From positions 132,246,001-132,310,000 of the forward strand of contig OX597817.1 of the NCBI GenBank assembly GCA_951406725.2: a stretch of DNA of 64,000 bases, given 5' to 3'. The notes under the pieces are model-generated. The model was not told the DNA's origin and searched no databases. It saw only the letters and a program-made list of their open reading frames with translations. The stretch's first letter is position 1; every line of letters starts with the position of its first letter. Shown here piece after piece: positions 43,873 to 57,703 of this stretch. Both the position numbers and the translations under genes were made by a program. Origin of the DNA: Octopus vulgaris (lineage: Eukaryota).

Positions 43873-44699
43873 TTTTAGTAGCCATCTTGGTTTTTGTTTT
43901 TAAACAAATGTTTCAATTCGTTTCGGTTCAGTTTAGAATTTCACGGATATATATAATTCTCTTTGCACATGTTATATTAACAAACAACTTTAGAACTCGA
44001 ACAATGATGAGGAGTATTCAAAAATATTAACCTCAAATATATTGTATGTAACTGTAAATGCCATAAATGACTGTATGATACGCCATTTATTTCCATATAA
44101 AACAAACGTCTCTTATCCACACTTATTTCATATCCATCTCCCTTCAGTCGTCGCCCATGCATTCTCTTTTTCTCTCCATCTGTATGCCTAGACCGAGTTC
44201 AATGTGACATCGGCTACTGCCGTCTCCTGGCTAATGGCTTAATTCTTCTTGTCTACTTCCAAGCCTCTCTTGTTCGCGTTGCCCTATTGTCAAAACCTTT
44301 TCTGTTGCAGCGAACCATTTTATTTACAGAACATATCTAGAACTGCATAAACCAGCGGATCACTCATATTGTAGCGTTTCGTTTGAGGGAGAGTTGGTTG
44401 TTATTTCTCTCTGGCTGAACGATCACAAAGACGCACGCCTGTTGAATGATACTGTTCTACGGCCGTTGTTAGTCTTCCATAAGGCGGAAACCTAGCATTT
44501 CGTTTGAAGGTCGGAAAAATTCTGACTCTTAACATTCCGAGTTCAAATTCCACCAAGGGATTTCCCCTTCATTTTTGGTGGGGTCAAAAGAAATAAAATG
44601 TATCAGTCAAGGACTGATGCAATCGCCTAATCCTCTTGCCCTCAAAATTGCGGACTTGAGCCTAAATTAGAAACCATTATTAATATGTTACGATTTATA

Positions 44700-44955
44700 A
44701 TGGCACTCCGTCGGTTGCGACGACGAGAGCTCCAGTTGATTCAATCAACCGAACAGCACCCTCGTGAAATTAGTGTGCATGTGGCTGAGTACTCCGCAGG
44801 CACGCGTCCTCTTAATGTAGTTCTCATGGAGATTCAGCATGACACAGAATGTGACAAGGCTGGTCCGTTGAAATACAGGTACTACTCATTTTTGCCGGCT
44901 GAGTAGGCTGGAGCAACATGAAATAAAGTGTCTTGCTCAAGAACACGACGCACCA
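44700..44955 (-). mobile_element. SINE family C (CORE-like body with LINE-type tail), 5' truncated
   Basis: Minus strand GTGTTCTTGAGCAAGACACTTTATTTC CORE-like segment; tail shared with 29626-29768. Confidence 0.75.
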
Positions 44956-45085
44956 CTGCAAAGCACTAAATTACACATTTTCACTGCGACTTTGAAATGC
45001 GAGTTACTGAAACACAGCTGGTGGGGGGGGGGTTAATAAGAGCTTTCTTAATTTTTCATCCTACCAGTGAGGTTATGAAAATTAC

Positions 45086-45451
45086 TTTTCTATTCTAGGT
45101 AAAAGACACGAAATTTTGGGGAGAGGGCCGTCGATTAGATCGACTCCAGTACGCAACTGGTATTTAATTTATCGACACGTAAAGGATGAAAGGTAAAGTC
45201 AACCTCGGTGGAATTTGAACTCAGAACGTAATGGCTAAGTCCTTCGCCCGGCGTGCTAACGTTTCTTTTCTACTATAGGCACAAGGCCTGAAATTTCGTG
45301 GAGAGGACTAGTCGATTAGATCGACCTCAGTACGCAACTGGTACTTAATTTATAGATGAAAGGCAAAGTCGACCCCGCGGAATTTGAACTCAGGCGAACT
45401 GCCGCTTAGCATTTCGCCCGGCGTGCTAACGTTTCTGCCAGTTCGCCGCCT
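45086..45451 (-). mobile_element. Two head-to-tail SINE family A copies
   Basis: Units ~45086-45265 (head truncated) and ~45266-45451; each contains GTCGATTAGATCGAC..CAGTACGCAACTGGTA. Confidence 0.85.
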
Positions 45452-45914
45452 TACGCTGTCTTAGAATCTACCAATTATATTTCCACGATGCAACATGAAA
45501 CTGTGTACAGTTGTTTCATTGTTTTACCCTTCGAATCATTCTCGCAGTGAAAGTATCGAAACTGATATAAATTTCTCTGTATCAAACAAACTAAAAGCTC
45601 GCGGCCTTTATATAAAAAAAAATTATATCACAACAATAATTGCCAGACGACAACAACTGCGTTGCAATATGTAGGGACGGCAATGAATCGGTGTTCACTA
45701 AAAAAGAAAATTTTATCATATTAGATTGAAAACATTTCATTATTTTGTTTACAGACATTGCATTAACCAGTGAGACCCTAAGAATGTTGGGTGACATTTG
45801 TGAGAAAGTTGGCTATTATTTCTCGCTGGATGGGCAACTACATAGAGGCACACTCGTTCATTTATGCAATCCTACGGGACCATTGCTATTCTATGATAAA
45901 AAAACGACACTTAC

Positions 45915-46038
45915 ATAGACCAGCACTCTTTTGGTGTTGCTTTCTTTTCGGGTTTCCGTCAAACTTCGCCGCCAAAGACTTCCGATGAGGGCAATCGTTT
46001 TGTTTATCGGCGATCTGACCATGCAACTGGTGAGCAAC
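45915..46038 (-). other. Candidate 124-nt minus-strand exon (coding status unknown)
   Basis: Pyrimidine/TG-rich tract then TTAG| acceptor (46039-46040) and TAT|GTAAGT donor (45909-45914). The sequence is unique and CpG-containing, with two frames open. Confidence 0.3.
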
Positions 46039-46664
46039 CTAACACACACACACAAGATAGGGAAAAACTGAGGAAAATAAATAAAATAAAAACATAGAAA
46101 CAGTGACGCTTCTAAATAGGTGTCACCAGCGGATTCCAAAAAGAACAAACAAAAAGAACAACAAAAACCAAACATTGTGCGTTTGTTTATGTTAGTTTTA
46201 TGCGTGTTTCGCCGGCGAAATGGCTGGTGTGAGCAATGGTGCGGTCGGACATAACAGCTAGGGTTACATCGACAGATGAGCAGTTCTTGAAGTAGACTAG
46301 TGCACGCACACACACACACATACACACACACACACATACGTATGTATGTATGTATGTATGTATGTATGTATGTATGTATGTTTGTATGTATATAAATTAG
46401 AGAAGACCCACCATGTAGCAATTGAGCAATGAAATAACAATGATATAATTAGATTATACCATATAGAAAAAAAATTAAATATTCGATAAAACATATACCA
46501 ATAATTAGGTAAACTACGTAATGATAAATAAATTACTACTTATATTTATACATATATATATATATTGGTAAAAATGGTAAGATAACAAAAGAAAGTAAGA
46601 GACCTCAATATTATTTAAATAGAGGAAATGTATCTATAAAATAATGTGTGATATTTATTCAGCA

Positions 46665-46734
46665 GCCAAGATAAAACTTTGAGTTTCGGATGCCGAGGTG
46701 GAAATCCACTACATCATCTCTTCGGTTATCTGGC
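46665..46734 (-). ncRNA. Degenerate type I hammerhead motif in a Penelope-like fragment
   Basis: Minus strand reads GCCAGATAA-CCGAAGA-gatg..catc-c-GAAA-ctcaaag-TT-TTATCTTGGC. Stem I is long; the core has CCGA instead of CTGA. Confidence 0.5.
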
Positions 46735-46741
46735 CATCATA

Positions 46742-46745
46742 GACA

Positions 46746-46779
<34 letters not shown>

Positions 46780-48479
46780 CAATACATACAATACATACAT
46801 ACATACATACATACAATACATACATACATACAATACATACATACACTCATGCATACATACAATACATACACACATACATACATACAATACATACACACAT
46901 ACATAAAATACATACATACAATACATACATACAATAGATACAATACATACATACAATACATACATACAATACATACAATACATACATACAATACATACAT
47001 ACATACATACATACATACATACATACATACAATACATACAATACATACATACAATACATACATACATACATACATGCATGCATACATACATACATACATA
47101 CATACATACATACATGCATACATACATACATACATACATACATACAATACATACATACATACATACTTACATACAATACATACATACATACATACAATAC
47201 ATACAATACATACATACACTCATACATACATACAATACATACACACATACATATATACGATACATACAAACGATACATACAATACTTACAATACATACAT
47301 ACAATAGATACAATACATACATACATACACATACACATACATACATGCATACAATACATACATACATACACATACATACATACATACATACATACATACA
47401 ATACATACATACATACATACATACATACATACATACATACAATACATACGAAATATACATACAATACATACATACAATACATACAGTACATACATACGCA
47501 CATACATTACATACATACATACAATACATACTTACACACATACATACATACAATACATACAATAAATACATACACACATACATACATACATACAATACAT
47601 ACATACACACATACATACATACAATACATACAATACATACAATACCTACAAACAATGCATACATACATACATACATACATACAATACATACATACATACA
47701 TACATACAATACATACACATACAATACATACATACATACACACATACATACTACATACAATACATACAATACATACATACAATACATACATACAATACAT
47801 ACATACATTACATACAATACATAAAATACATACATACATACATACAATACATACATACACACATACATTCATGCAATACATACATACATACAATACATAC
47901 ATACAATAAATACATACATACATACATACATACATACATACATACACACATACATACATACATACAATACATACAATACATACAATACATACATACACAC
48001 ATACATTCATGCAATACATACATACATACAATACATACATACAATACATACATACATACATACATACATACATACACACATACATACATACATACATACA
48101 TACATACATACATACACACATACATACAATACATACATATATACATACATACATACAATACATACATACATACACACATACATACATACAATACATACAA
48201 CAATACATACATACAATACATACATACATACATACATACATACACACATACATACATACAATACATACATACAATACATACATACATGCATACATACATA
48301 CATACATACAATAGATACTTACACAATACGTAAAATACATACAATACATACATACAATACATACATACATACATACATACATACATACATACACACATAC
48401 ATACAATACATACATACATACATACATACATACATACATACATACATACATACAATACATACAATACATACATACATAC
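46742..48479. repeat. 1.7 kb compound (TACA)n/(TACAA) satellite
   Basis: Directly visible; almost G-free on the + strand. Confidence 0.95.
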
Positions 48480-48959
48480 GAAGGGCTGTTTTGTGTGTGT
48501 ATGTCGTAAGAAATGGCCTGTTTAAGAGTTTAGTGTTTAGTGCCCCACCGATTAAATATGTGCCGCTGTCAGCGTGCTGGTGGTGCCGCTAGCCGTTTAG
48601 TTTACTAATGTGTGTGTATGTGTGAGAGAGTCTAGTGTTTCACTCGCGTTTGTGCTTCCTGTCACGTGTGCATAAAGCAGTATATGTGTATTTGACGATA
48701 AGCCTGTGTGTGTGGGGTCGTTAGAGAGATACATAAATGCAGAAAGAGGGAGTGAAATATGGTAATTTGTGTGTGTGTGTGGGAGGTTGTGTGTACACGT
48801 ACACCTTAATGTGGCGCGGAGTGTGTATATATGCTCTGGTGTGGAGATTTATGTGTGTACATACTTGTTCGTGCGTGTGGTATAGAACGCGTATGTTATT
48901 AAGCGTGAGTCTATGATATACAATTGTGTGTTGGCTTATGTGTATAACATTTATAATCT

Positions 48960-49447
48960 CTTGCTTGAGTCAGTCATTACACTGTGACCATTCTTGGGCA
49001 CCACCTTGCAAAATCTTAGTCGTACGGAGCGCCCTCTTTCCCGTATTTATGTTTGATATAGTCTCCTATTTATTCTTATTTCTTTACTGCCCACAATGAG
49101 CTACACACAAAGGGGACAAACAAGGACGGACAAAGGGATTAAGTAGATTATGTCGACCCCAGTGTGTAACTGGTACTTATTTAATCGACCCCAAAGGAGG
49201 AAAGGCAAAGTCGACCTCGACGGAATTTGAACTCAGTACAAAAAGACTGACGAAATACCGCTAAGCATTTCGCCCGGCGCGCTAACGTTTCTGCTAGCGC
49301 GACGCCTCCTATTTATTCTCTCGCATGTTTTTGCCAAACTGCTAAGTGACGGCAAATTTAAACACAACAACACCAGTTTTTAAGACACAATAACACACAC
49401 ACGCACGCACACACACACACACATGCACGCACACACACACACGCACG

Positions 49448-49482
<35 letters not shown>

Positions 49483-49640
49483 GCACACATACGACAGGCT
49501 TCTTTCAGTTTCCGTCTACCAAATCCACTCACATGGCATCCGTCGGCCCGAAGCTATAGTAGAAGATGCTTGCCCTAAGTGTCACGCAGTGGGACCCCAG
49601 TCCGGAACCATGTGGTTGGGAAGCAAGCTTCTTACCACAT
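48960..49640 (-). mobile_element. Diverged SINE family B containing a nested family A SINE
   Basis: Tail remnant at 48960-49060, body at 49320-49500, head at 49500-49640 (GTCTACCAAATCCACTCAC..GGAACCATGTGGTTGG). Confidence 0.75.
49077..49306 (-). mobile_element. SINE family A, full length with TSD
   Basis: Flanked by TCCTATTTATTCT at 49064-49076 and 49307-49319. Confidence 0.92.
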
Positions 49641-50000
49641 AACCAAGATAATGCTGGTAATGTGTGTGAAGCGCAGAGACCACATGGTCAGTAGAGGCGG
49701 AAACAAGTTCTTTTATTTTCTCATAGGGACGGCCGTCAAACGTTTCTTCAACCACCAACATCATGTGTGCGGTGCGTTCGTGAATGTCTGAGTTTATTAT
49801 TTCATAACTTGACAGACCTAACGCGATTGAACAGACCTGAAGCAGAGTATAACCAGCCGAAATTGCAAAGATAATCTGGAACTCGACTGAGGAAAAAAAA
49901 TCCGAATGACCCGTCCTTGTTTCCTTGTATCGTCTATCTGGATATTTTGTTGTCCCTTTTATGTATCACCTAACTGTCTGGATGTTTTGCGTTCTTGTTC

Positions 50001-50071
<71 letters not shown>

Positions 50072-50076
<5 letters not shown>

Positions 50077-50243
50077 ATATGTGTCGGGTTTGAAAACCTG
50101 CCCATGAATCTCAAAACGTGTAGTAGCTTTTAAATTTTGTAATAGATTTATTCAAATACGAAATAGGTTTCTATTGCAAAATTTAAAAGCAGTTAAAGTT
50201 TTGAGAATCAGGTAATTTTTGAAAGCCCAAACAAATTCTATAT
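50072..50243. repeat. Fold-back inverted repeat (MITE-like)
   Basis: TCTCAAAAC..GCTTTTAAATTTTGTAATAGA pairs with TCTATTGCAAAATTTAAAAGC..GTTTTGAGA; the outer arms pair more loosely. Confidence 0.7.
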
Positions 50244-51011
50244 TCGTTCCTGTGTGAGATTACACTTCTTCCCTAAACATACACACACACACACACACAC
50301 ACATTATAGATAATGGTAGATTTATGTGTGAAAAATTGCGCATGTATCTGTTCATACGTGTACATTCCCCCGATGGTTATCAATAGTTTTATATATAACC
50401 ATATTGAACTATTTCAAAACTCGTGTACATCCGGCAGGCAACACACTCGCTCACAAATGAACGCAGCACTTAGAAATTTTCTGATTTGTTTTTAACTACA
50501 TATTGTATACACATGTATATGTTCTGTGTGTGAGTGTGCGTGCTTGTATGAGTGCGTGTGTGCGTAAGTGTGGGTTGGTTATATTTGTGCGAATCATCGT
50601 AATTACGTGTTCGAATTTTCAGAACTGTTATGTTAAGCGAAAATCTTACGGCAGCCATGATTTTTATAGACAACGTTTTAAGTGTGTTTTAAACCTTATG
50701 TTCAAACATATCTGCATTAAATTTCAACTTGTACACGTGACACATACACACGCATATAATGAAACCCACAAATATATAAACACGCGTGTTTATAGAAATA
50801 TATACGTGTGTACATAAGGCTGCTATTAACACGGGTTCCAATAAAACTAGATTCGAATAACCTTTTATAATGAATAAAGCTATATTCGAATCCCGTAATA
50901 TACAGCAAGCAAACGCGGCAAAGAGCATAGATCACGTGTCAAAAATACAAGGAATCAGAGGAAGACTGATGAGAAATATGTGTGTATCTTTCTATCTATC
51001 TATCTATCTAG

Positions 51012-51060
<49 letters not shown>

Positions 51061-51270
51061 GCTCGCTCTCTCTCTCTCAATCCCTCAATACGATATATGT
51101 ATGTATGTCTGTATGTGTGTGTGCATATATATATATTTATGTATGTATGTATGTATGTATATATATATATATATATATATGTGTGCGTGTGTGTATGTAT
51201 ATATATATATATATATATACAATCTATATATATGTGTGTGTGTGTATATATACATATATATGTGTGTGTG

Positions 51271-51340
<70 letters not shown>

Positions 51341-51559
51341 CATACCTCACTCTACGTCGTTAATTGGTTTCAGAGGAGATGATTTAAGTCGAAATAACCA
51401 TTATTTAAATGTATATAGATGTAATAATTAAAACCTAGGCTAGCCTAGGTTGTTTTTATGTTCGCCTATAAATTCGGCAAATTGTTAGGCAAGCCCAGGC
51501 TGCTTTTATATTAGAGAAATAATTTCAAGTACTATGCTGTTGCCTACCTGGTGGCTGGC

Positions 51560-51835
51560 ATCGTCGTTACTCATTGAGACTGGTGTAGGAGGAGGAGGAG
51601 GAGTTTAAACACTAGGTATCGATGGTTTGGTATCGTCAGCTGACTCTTGTTGTGATGGTGTAGATCGTTGAATTGTCATTTTCTTCTTCTCTTTAAGGAT
51701 TAGGTAATAAGGTGCAACAGTTTCTTGACAATCCCTCAATATTTCTACAAACCGTTGTACATTGGAATCCATTTCCTCAAAGAAAGACATTTATCTAAAC
51801 GAGGAAAAGCCTCTTGCATTTTCTTCAACGTAAAA
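51560..51835 (-). mobile_element. Tigger/pogo transposase C-terminal remnant
   Basis: ORF 51605-51790 SFFEEMDSNVQRFVEILRDCQETVAPYYLILKEKKKMTIQRS resembles the Tigger C-terminal FE.MDPN.ERF...Y..I..EKKK...Q pattern. Confidence 0.55.
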
Positions 51836-52119
51836 CGACGCGGCTCGGGATTATTGATGCATTCTGTATTTTAACATTGTTTCTAATCTGTTATACAGAT
51901 TATATGGTTCTATGGCTTTCTTTCTATTTATTTCCCGGAGACGAATACGAACGGAACCAATCGATACAACCCGGAACTAACAGTACAGTACAGTATGAAC
52001 GTTATTGCTGTTTGGCCAGGCAACGTAAATTAATACTGTATTGACTCTGATAGGGTTCGGCCAGTATAGGCCCAGGCCATGTCTAACTCAATAGCACCAG
52101 CTGGTGAGGTATTTTAGTC

Positions 52120-52780
52120 AAATATGAGGCACCATGGCCCACTTGAGCAAAGAGTTATTATTGTTGGAGACATGTCCGAGTGTAGGAGGTTGGTCCGAGA
52201 TTTTTTGAAGAAATTTGTCAAGTGAACATTTGGATTTTATGGGATCCGTTTCCGTTTTGACGTATTTTGGTATGGAATACCATACCAAAGAGAGCTAGAC
52301 CGGTTGATGTGAAGTAGCTGTGATGTAATGTTGTTAGTCGTCCTGAGTTCGATTTTTGTAGTGGGCGGATAGCACGGGGGCCAAGTCTTGGGATGATTTT
52401 AAAATTGATGCTAACATCATTTGTGCAATATTGAAGGAATATTTTCCACATCACACAAATGATGTAGCGCTCCCGGCGGCGTTGGCGAGAGTAGTGATTG
52501 AATTTTTTTTAGTCGACCTCGATAGTCAATGCCTCTCATGCCGTCTATCTTTCTGGGGTGCTTCTACTTTCATACTGAGTTGCCTGATATGGGGAGACAA
52601 CAGTGGACACCAGTATTCAAGGTGGGGTCAGGCAAAAGTAGAGTAGAGAAGGATGATGGTGTAGCCATCTGTAGACCGGAAAGTCCTCAGAATCCAGGAA
52701 CACATCTTGAGGGCCAAGTCAACCTTGGTATTTAAGTGGGAACTCCAGCTTAGATTGTTATTTATTTAATATTTTAGGAA
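52120..52780 (-). mobile_element. Decayed CR1-clade LINE ORF2 fragment
   Basis: Minus strand NLSWSSHLNTKVDLALKMCSWILRTFRS..LLYSTFA*PHLEYWCPLLSPY, then ERYIICVMWKIF..PRLGPRAI..GLALFG; these are CR1 RT C-terminal motifs. Confidence 0.85.
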
Positions 52781-52918
52781 GACCGACGTATCTTCGGAAA
52801 TGACGTACGACGAAACAATTTAACCAGAGGTATATGTATTTGTATGTATGTATGTATGTATGTATGTATGTATGTATGTATGTATGTATGTATGTATGTA
52901 TGTATCTATCTATCTATC

Positions 52919-53013
<95 letters not shown>

Positions 53014-53016
53014 TAG

Positions 53017-53058
<42 letters not shown>

Positions 53059-53949
53059 CTTTTAAAGGTTATCTCTACAGATATATAAAGTATAGCCAGT
53101 GCTAATTTTTGTTACAGCGTTTCGAATACAAGACGTCACATGTAAATAAACAATGATATCGAAGATGAGTAAAGGGTTTTGGGCTTATATGTCATATTTT
53201 GTGGGTTTTGCGCCATCATCATCACCCATCCCAGCCTTTAATCATCCTCGTACACATTGCTTAAGTAGCCACTGTATACAGCGGTGTTTGATTATTGGAT
53301 ATACCAATATTAAACGCATTCCTGGAAGCTGGTGCCATCTCGTTGTTTACGTACCAGCTTCCAGGAATACTCCGACGTCCGAGAAGGCACGTGGTTTTCG
53401 CTCGGTAGAAGTGTATCGTAGCTTAGCTTAAGTGCAACCTATTTCGAAACCTCTTTTGCACACACACACACACAAATGTGGCACGCGGTGGAACTAGGAA
53501 CAAAACAATGCAACGGCAAAGCGAACCTCTTCAAGTCACAGTCAAGCCATGCCCACGCTTATAACTTTGAAAATACAATTAATGAAATCCTGCGCACCAT
53601 ATACGTCTGAGTACATGCTTTTACTACGCAATGTGTATATGTGACTTATTGTCACCGTGTGTGCGTGTGTGTGTGTGTGTGCGCGCGCGTCCGTGTCCCC
53701 AATTCGCGGTGTAGATAACGTTCGTTGACTCCCGCCTGCTTCACTTCGCTTACATATGTTGTAGCTCAGTGTCTTAGTCTCGCTCCACTGAAAACGTCCG
53801 ACTTCAGGACTTGGGACTGCTAGCTTTAAAGTTGAGACCTCTGGCTGCTGTTAGACGTTGAATAAATGAAATTTATAATAGGCAACACAGCCAGTAAAGT
53901 GGAAGAGGTTAGTGGTTGGTGCTTATGTACTGGGACGGGGTGAATGCTT

Positions 53950-54110
53950 AAAGGGAAGTCAAAATATTTAGTAACTGGTCTCCACAGTGATGGACATTAA
54001 AAGAACGAAGAGAGCGGGGCCTGCTGAAGAATAGATCTGTCTGGTGATTACCGGAGACGGTTGTTGAACAAAGCGGATGGGATGAGGGATGAGTAGAGCC
54101 ATCTGTCGAC
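53950..54110 (-). mobile_element. CR1-clade 3' fragment, decayed
   Basis: YSSAGPALF motif shared with the other CR1 copies. Confidence 0.5.
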
Positions 54111-54307
54111 GTGTTGACCAGTCAGCACAGCAGAGCAGACAAAAGATCCTGCCATGCATACATGTATATGAGTATACGTATATATACATACTCGTACATT
54201 CATCTGCAAATATATACATATGTGTGTGTGTGTATAAATAATATAATGTAATGTATATATACACGTTTACAATATTTTTCTTTCGTCTGAGAGTATCAGC
54301 GCGTTTG

Positions 54308-54362
<55 letters not shown>

Positions 54363-54376
54363 ATATATATATCTCC

Positions 54377-54472
<96 letters not shown>

Positions 54473-54503
54473 TAGATAGATAGATAGATAAATAGATATA
54501 GAT

Positions 54504-54784
54504 ATTCTACAGTTGTAAGCATAATTATAATCAGGGGTCAGTTAAATGCTTCACCACGCACAGAATTTAGAAATAGCAGTTAAAATACTTTTTCCACTAT
54601 CATAAATATCTCCCAGACAGTAACACACTTGTTTTACGCAGGCAAAGAGAAAAAATAACGAATCCACACGACTGGGAGATATTTATGGTAGTGGAAAAAG
54701 TATTTTAACTGCTATTTCTAAATTCGGTGCGCTGTGAAGCAATTAACTGACCCTTGATTATAATTATGCTTATAATTATAGAAT
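54504..54784. repeat. Long inverted repeat (arms 54504-54616 and 54672-54784)
   Basis: 113-bp arms that are reverse-complementary with a few mismatches, separated by a 55-bp spacer. Confidence 0.9.
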
Positions 54785-54887
54785 AATGTTACCCAAAAAG
54801 GGTATCTTAACGTACCAAACTACTTGGTAAAATTATTAATAATTAATTAATTAATTAATTAATTAATTAATTTTACCCTTTTATTAT

Positions 54888-54949
<62 letters not shown>

Positions 54950-55389
54950 ACCGGATATTTGAGCATGAGCTGAGATGGAACAGCAAGTACTTTTCGTTGA
55001 GCACTTTTTTCTCTCTTTTCCTTAGTAATGGTGTACAACGAATATAAATAAATAAATAATAAGAAGAAATTAGCACTCCTCGAATTTGTTTTCTGGTTCG
55101 AGAAAAGACTAGTTCCAATGTTAAGCAAACCGCTTCCTTTGGAAATATATTTCAGCTAGTGACAAAAGTTTATCGTTACAGTGTAATTCTGACTAGACAT
55201 AGGTTAGAATATTTTGATAGCAGTTACTGTATCTCAACTCTTATACAAGAGTTTTATACAAGTGATAAGACTAACACTTGTATACTGAACTATGCATTGG
55301 TAAATATCAAATCTAGTTCACAGCCCTCTAAGACATACGTTTCGGCCAAAGATTGACCCAGGCGTCAGGCGTCATTTTAAAGTCAAATA

Positions 55390-55775
55390 TTGCGGTTTCA
55401 TGGCCCGTTCAAGCAGGGAGTTTTTGTTGACTGAGATGTGCCCAAGTATTGCCAGCTTATTTGATATTCCTCGAAGAAGTTGGTGCAGGTTTCGTTTAAA
55501 GGTAATGGGATCTGTTTCTTTGATTTTTTTTGTAGGATATTATAAATAGAGCAGGGCCTATTTCAAAAAGAAATTGTGTTGTGAATTTATGTGTTGTGAT
55601 CCTGAATTGTGTAGGGAGCGAATGGCATGTGGCACCAGTCTTGGATAAATTCTGAATCGGATTTTAAGGTCGTTTGGGCAATGCTAGTGGTATATTCTCC
55701 ACATTGTACAAATGATGTAGCGCTCACAGCGGCGTTGGAGAGAATAAACTTTCAACATCTTAAGGCGGTTTGGCT
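55390..55775 (-). mobile_element. CR1-clade LINE 3' fragment
   Basis: LKVYSLQRRCERYIICTMWRIYH..PNDLKIRFRIYPRL..GPAL..FKRNL..NKNSLLE. Confidence 0.85.
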
Positions 55776-55847
55776 TTTCGGGCCTAATTATTTTGGTGAC
55801 AAGATAATTAGCAAAACTGACAAGCAGCGTAATATTTGCTATCAACA

Positions 55848-56138
<291 letters not shown>

Positions 56139-56643
56139 AAAGATAAAAAATGCTATAGGCTATGTAATTATTAATGGCAATTGATAAGAACATTGTCAGT
56201 AATACATCGACAACAAAACAGTTTTTTAGAGGAAACACGATTTCACCAAAACCGCATTTTAAATCGAAGTAATTAACCACAGTAATATAGTTAACTGTGA
56301 ATTAAATGTGAGCAGTGTTTAATCACACATTAGCATCTATTGATTAGCAGCAACCAAATGAGATGTATGAGGTATTGTTCACGTAGTCGCTCGATGTACA
56401 AGAAATGGCAATAAAATCTTCCTCGACTCCTCATTGCAAATAAAGGACGCATTTGATATTGTCAGGGATATGCTATGCCTTATAAAATTAATGATGTTGG
56501 TCATGGCTGGAATACCATTATCTACTCGATAACAACAATATTCTTCTTGAGTTGAAGAGATGTACCTGTCCGGCAAGTGATTTGATGCGAGACTCTGGTG
56601 ATGCTGAACGCGGAAGACACATATAAGTTAGTCAGAACATACA

Positions 56644-56753
<110 letters not shown>

Positions 56754-56755
56754 TG

Positions 56756-56805
<50 letters not shown>

Positions 56806-56806
<1 letters not shown>

Positions 56807-57142
56807 TGGGGGAGCATCATAGCCATGTGTTGTGAGGGATTCTTTGGGGTTTGAATAATTCACCTCTGGAAACATGGGTGGTTCTTTCAACATCCTTAAA
56901 CAACCCTTATTCAGGGACCTTTTGAGTGGGATGGGCTACTCAACCTGAAGAAAATTCTAATTGGGCCCCACCTGCAAGGTCATGTGCTGTTTATCTTGAT
57001 ATGAGATCACCATGTCGCGCACATATGGTTGTGATGCATGTGCCTGGTGTACCCTTATCAGACGGGTAGTCATGATGAGTATATTCGGCTTCGTATATTT
57101 TACCCCAGTGTCACTTTGATGGCATGCACTGCTCTCTCACTC
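56806..57142 (+). mobile_element. Non-coding insert within (TAA)n; probable 3' UTR of a TAA-targeting non-LTR element
   Basis: A 337-bp complex, higher-GC block bounded exactly by (AAT)n on both sides. Confidence 0.5.
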
Positions 57143-57239
57143 AATAATAATAATAATAATAATAAACCTTCATTTAAACATTTATTTTTTGGTGTTAAAC
57201 TTTAAAATTCTGATCCAACCAATTATTATTTAGAAGTGA

Positions 57240-57652
57240 TAAAGCGTGGCTACGTGGTAAGAAGTGGTTTTTTCCCAGTCACATGGTTCCAGGTTCAGTC
57301 CCACTACATGGCGCCTTGGGCAAGCGTCTTCTCCTATAGCACGAAGACAACCTTAAAATCCGATTCAGAATTTATCCAAGACTGGAGCCACATGCCATTC
57401 GCCCCTTACAGGATCAAAACACATAAATTCACTGCAACACAATTTCTTTTTGAAACAGGCCCTGTTCTATTTATAATATCCTACAAGAAATCAAAAAAGG
57501 AAAAGTTCCTATCACCTTTAAATGAAACCTGGACAAACTTCTTTAAGGAATATCAGATAAGCTGGCAATACCTGGGTACATCTCAGTCAACTACTGGTAA
57601 ATGGAAACTAAAAGAACCACCCCCCCGTATATGTTATGTGTGTGTGAGTGTG

Positions 57653-57703
<51 letters not shown>

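Noticed and set aside
46742-48479. CRISPR-like or coding repeat array
   Set aside because: No unique spacers and a eukaryotic context; it is a simple satellite.
55330-55372. Minus-strand CTGACGC..GAAACGTATGTC hammerhead-like string; similar strings near 14860 and 49840
   Set aside because: The core is mutated and no stem I forms; these may be chance matches.
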